DNA of 64,000 bases, taken from contig JAGWIG010000010.1 of assembly GCA_028873515.1 (NCBI GenBank), positions 5,642-69,641 of the forward strand, written 5' to 3'. The position numbers were made by a program, and so were the translations under genes. The notes under the pieces were generated by a model that saw only the letters and a list, made by a program, of their open reading frames with translations, made no database searches and was not told the DNA's origin. Below are positions 62,856 to 64,000 of the stretch, one piece after another. This stretch comes from Pseudomonadota bacterium (lineage in GTDB: Bacteria > Pseudomonadota > Gammaproteobacteria > Burkholderiales > REEB80). The first letter of the stretch is position 1, and each line of letters opens with the position of its first letter.

Positions 62856-64000
62856 GTGGAATTCAGCATAAAAAGCGGCAGTCCTGAAAAACAGCGGACT
62901 GCCTGCGTTGTCATAGGCGTATTCGAACCCAGAAAACTATCCATTCCAGCAGAACAGATAGATCGTGCCTCTAATGGTTATCTGGGTGATATTATGCGCC
63001 GCGGCGACATGGATGGAAAGCTGGGACGTACCCTCCTTTTGCACAATGTGCCGAATACACTTGGCGATCGCATTCTACTGGTAGGACTTGGCCGGGAAAA
63101 GGATTTTCATGAAAAAGAATACAGAAAAGCCATTTCCTCAACCATTACTGCCTTAAATGATACCGGTGCGGCAGATGCATCCTTCTACCTGACAGAAGTT
63201 CCCCTGAAGAAAAAAACAACGGCTTGGAAAATCGAACAGGCAGTCATCGGGATCCTGGATAACCTTTACCGTTTCGATGAGTGTAAAAGTAAAATCGAAG
63301 AACCGAAACGCAGCCTGAAACGAATCATCCTGAGCGTCCCTCGCCGCAATGAGCTTGAGACCGGAGAAGCTGCCATGCGTCAGGGGGAAGCCATAGGCAA
63401 GGGTGTAAATCTTGCACGTGATCTTGGAAACCGTCCAGGAAATATCTGCACCCCGACCCATCTTGCCGAAACTGCCCAGAAACTGGCTCAATCCCTCCCC
63501 TTAAAAGTCACGGTTCTGGGGCGAAATGACATGGAAATGCTCAAAATGGGCGCTTTGCTCTCTGTCGCCCGCGGAAGCCGTCAGGAACCAAAACTCATTA
63601 CCCTTGAATACCAGGGCAGCAATGCGGATCAAAAACCCATCGTACTGGTTGGAAAAGGGGTAACCTTCGATTCAGGCGGGATTTCAATCAAGCCTGGAGA
63701 AGCAATGGATGAAATGAAATTCGACATGTGTGGAGCTGCCGCTGTCCTTGGCACCTTGCAGGCTGTGGCTGAACTTAAACTCCCTGTCAATGTTGTGGGT
63801 GTGATCCCTGCTACCGAAAACCTGCCAGATGGCGAGGCAAGCAAACCGGGGGACATTGTTACCAGCCTGTCCGGCAAAACCATTGAAATCCTCAATACCG
63901 ATGCAGAAGGCCGCCTCATCCTTTGCGATGCCCTTACCTACAGTGCACGCTTCATGCCTGATACAATCATTGACCTGGCCACACTGACCGGGGCCTGCGT
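62856..64000 (+). CDS. pepA: Leucyl aminopeptidase PepA (3'-partial, runs off the window)
   Basis: GTG start 62856 with AAGGAG RBS at 62844-62849. Translation VEFSIKSGSPEKQ... and the M17 signature VGKGVTFDSGGISIKPG...NTDAEGRLILCDAL. Not in the ORF track because no stop is reached. Confidence 0.9.
   Translation, partial: MEFSIKSGSPEKQRTACVVIGVFEPRKLSIPAEQIDRASNGYLGDIMRRGDMDGKLGRTLLLHNVPNTLGDRILLVGLGREKDFHEKEYRKAISSTITALNDTGAADASFYLTEVPLKKKTTAWKIEQAVIGILDNLYRFDECKSKIEEPKRSLKRIILSVPRRNELETGEAAMRQGEAIGKGVNLARDLGNRPGNICTPTHLAETAQKLAQSLPLKVTVLGRNDMEMLKMGALLSVARGSRQEPKLITLEYQGSNADQKPIVLVGKGVTFDSGGISIKPGEAMDEMKFDMCGAAAVLGTLQAVAELKLPVNVVGVIPATENLPDGEASKPGDIVTSLSGKTIEILNTDAEGRLILCDALTYSARFMPDTIIDLATLTGAC

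Overview
This 64-kb window looks like chromosomal DNA from a Gram-negative bacterium. The synteny ilvI-ilvH-ilvC-psd-pssA-leuA and pepA divergent from lptF-lptG resembles Betaproteobacteria; that taxon call is inference only. All annotation is by eye from the ORF translations and the raw sequence.

Most of the window is housekeeping:
- ubiU/ubiV, a P-type ATPase, GH15 glucoamylase with glucokinase, and cytochrome c4.
- PPK2, an LPS-core glycosyltransferase/O-antigen-ligase cluster, and proS.
- wrbA, phhB, an OmpR/HisKA two-component pair, leuA, pssA, psd, ilvCHI, lptFG and pepA.

Regions worth a second look:
1. A compact chemosensory module on the minus strand (18.98-24.64 kb). It holds cheA, a 206-aa protein carrying two MCP-tip-like motifs, an ODP-like di-iron metallo-beta-lactamase-fold protein, a soluble PAS/MA/CZB receptor and cheV.
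2. A class III RNR gene (nrdD) that stops just before the expected glycyl-radical motif. No nrdG is present, and an arsR-arsC-acr3 cassette follows immediately.
3. A TonB-dependent-receptor operon that includes a stand-alone homologue of the archaeal TiaS kinase (TCKD) domain and a small Cys-rich ORF. The receptor itself carries a poly-Gly/His tract encoded by G5 runs.
4. A mobile-element graveyard (24.85-29.75 kb). It contains a frameshifted IS200/IS605 tnpA remnant, an array of GC-rich 18-nt hairpins, and two large tyrosine-recombinase-like genes. Both recombinases may lack canonical catalytic arginines. The second gene ends flush against the stop codon of mtnA.
5. An operon that looks like a complete DHAP-shunt for 5'-methylthioadenosine. 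It encodes a fused class II aldolase/SDR, mtnP, apt and mtnA.

No rRNA genes, tRNA genes or CRISPR arrays were recognised.
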